Shown here piece by piece: positions 63,216 to 64,000 of a stretch of DNA of 64,000 nucleotides (its first letter is position 1; each line of letters begins with the position of its first letter). The DNA is from Pavona decussata (Eukaryota), in the NCBI GenBank assembly GCA_977016875.1, contig CDRNST010000090.1, forward strand, positions 62,001 to 126,000, read 5' to 3'. A program made the position numbers and the translations under genes. The notes beneath the pieces are model-generated. The model was not told where the DNA came from, ran no database searches, and saw only the letters and a list, made by a program, of their open reading frames with translations.

Positions 63216-63713
63216 TTATTTCATATCTCCCATTTTCAGTCCAGCCTTCTGAAGGTCCTCCTCTCTCTCTATTTCAAGCTTCAGCTTCTTTCTGGCCAAC
63301 AACAGATTTTCGATCTCAATGTCCAGCTTCCTGCTTTCTTTTTTCAAGACCTCCAACTGTGTTTCCTGGATGTCTTGGGTAAGTGACACCTTTTTGGTTG
63401 GAGTCCTTGACTTTAGAATTGTGGGCTTCACAGGAAGCTGTGGTGTTGATGTTGAAGGCTGTTGTTCAACGGGAAATGATGTAAGAGGAGGGGTGAGATC
63501 ATAATATATTAGGCAATCCACAGTTGGTTGCTGAATGTTATCACCTGGTGGTTCAAGGCGCATGACATGTGGGCATGTGATCACATGTAAGGGCTGAGTA
63601 AAAGGCTGAGCTGTGCTACTACTGCTTCCACATTCCAGTACAGAAATTGTGATCCCTAAGTCATTTTCAACGTTTTGGAAAAAATATTCATATTCTGCAA
63701 TCTGCAAAATCAC
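63216..63713 (-). other. Possible C-terminal exon of a transposon accessory (Myb/SANT-partner-like) coiled-coil protein
   Basis: Low-complexity S/T/P region ending in DIQETQLEVLKKESRKLDIEIENLLLARKKLKLEIE; no diagnostic domain seen. Confidence 0.3.
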
Positions 63714-64000
63714 ATAAACTTTATCACTTTACGGTCACCAAGGCGCTGAGAAGCCATGTACGAAAAATGGTCATCAATGGATGAATTTCTTCGACAACAT
63801 ACGAACTGCCAAGGGAGCAGTTGCTCGCTTTCAGAGAGGAAATGTTTTGTAGACATTTTACTTGGTTTACGAATTCCAACATCACTAATATTGGCAATAT
63901 TAAAAGGAACAAATGCACAGAAAACATACAAAATTAATTCAAATGGAAATAATGTTGGCATTATAAAAGTGCTTTTGAAATACGTTATGAAAAATACAAA

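Overview
Eukaryotic, AT-rich, repeat-dense DNA with two N-gaps. The repeat and intron style resembles a cnidarian, probably a stony coral (inference). There is no clear conventional host gene: the window is a nested cluster of DNA-transposon and retroelement remnants (KDZ, PIF1-helicase, SWIM, MULE, DIRS/Ngaro, Penelope, piggyBac, Merlin, Sola1, Tigger/pogo, LINEs, SINEs, MITEs). The main result is a complete 9.56-kb element at 26257-35811 with long TIRs (about 450 and 370 bp), TATG...CATA ends and a near-perfect 6-bp TSD. It carries an intact 3-exon integrase-core (IS3EU-like) transposase and, convergently, a multi-exon ubiquitin E3-ligase gene (Ubl-like + UBZ-like + CUE + HECT with catalytic Cys). 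A second, divergent and intronless transposase + HECT pair lies at 7949-11991, which suggests HECT-ligase cargo is a family trait. Other notable items: an intronless single-pass Frizzled-CRD receptor-like gene, a Tigger element carrying a divergent HIRAN-domain ORF, an F-box gene beside a KDZ transposase, and a PIF1 helicase flanked by inverted repeats and a hairpin. All domain calls are by eye from motifs; no database searches were run.
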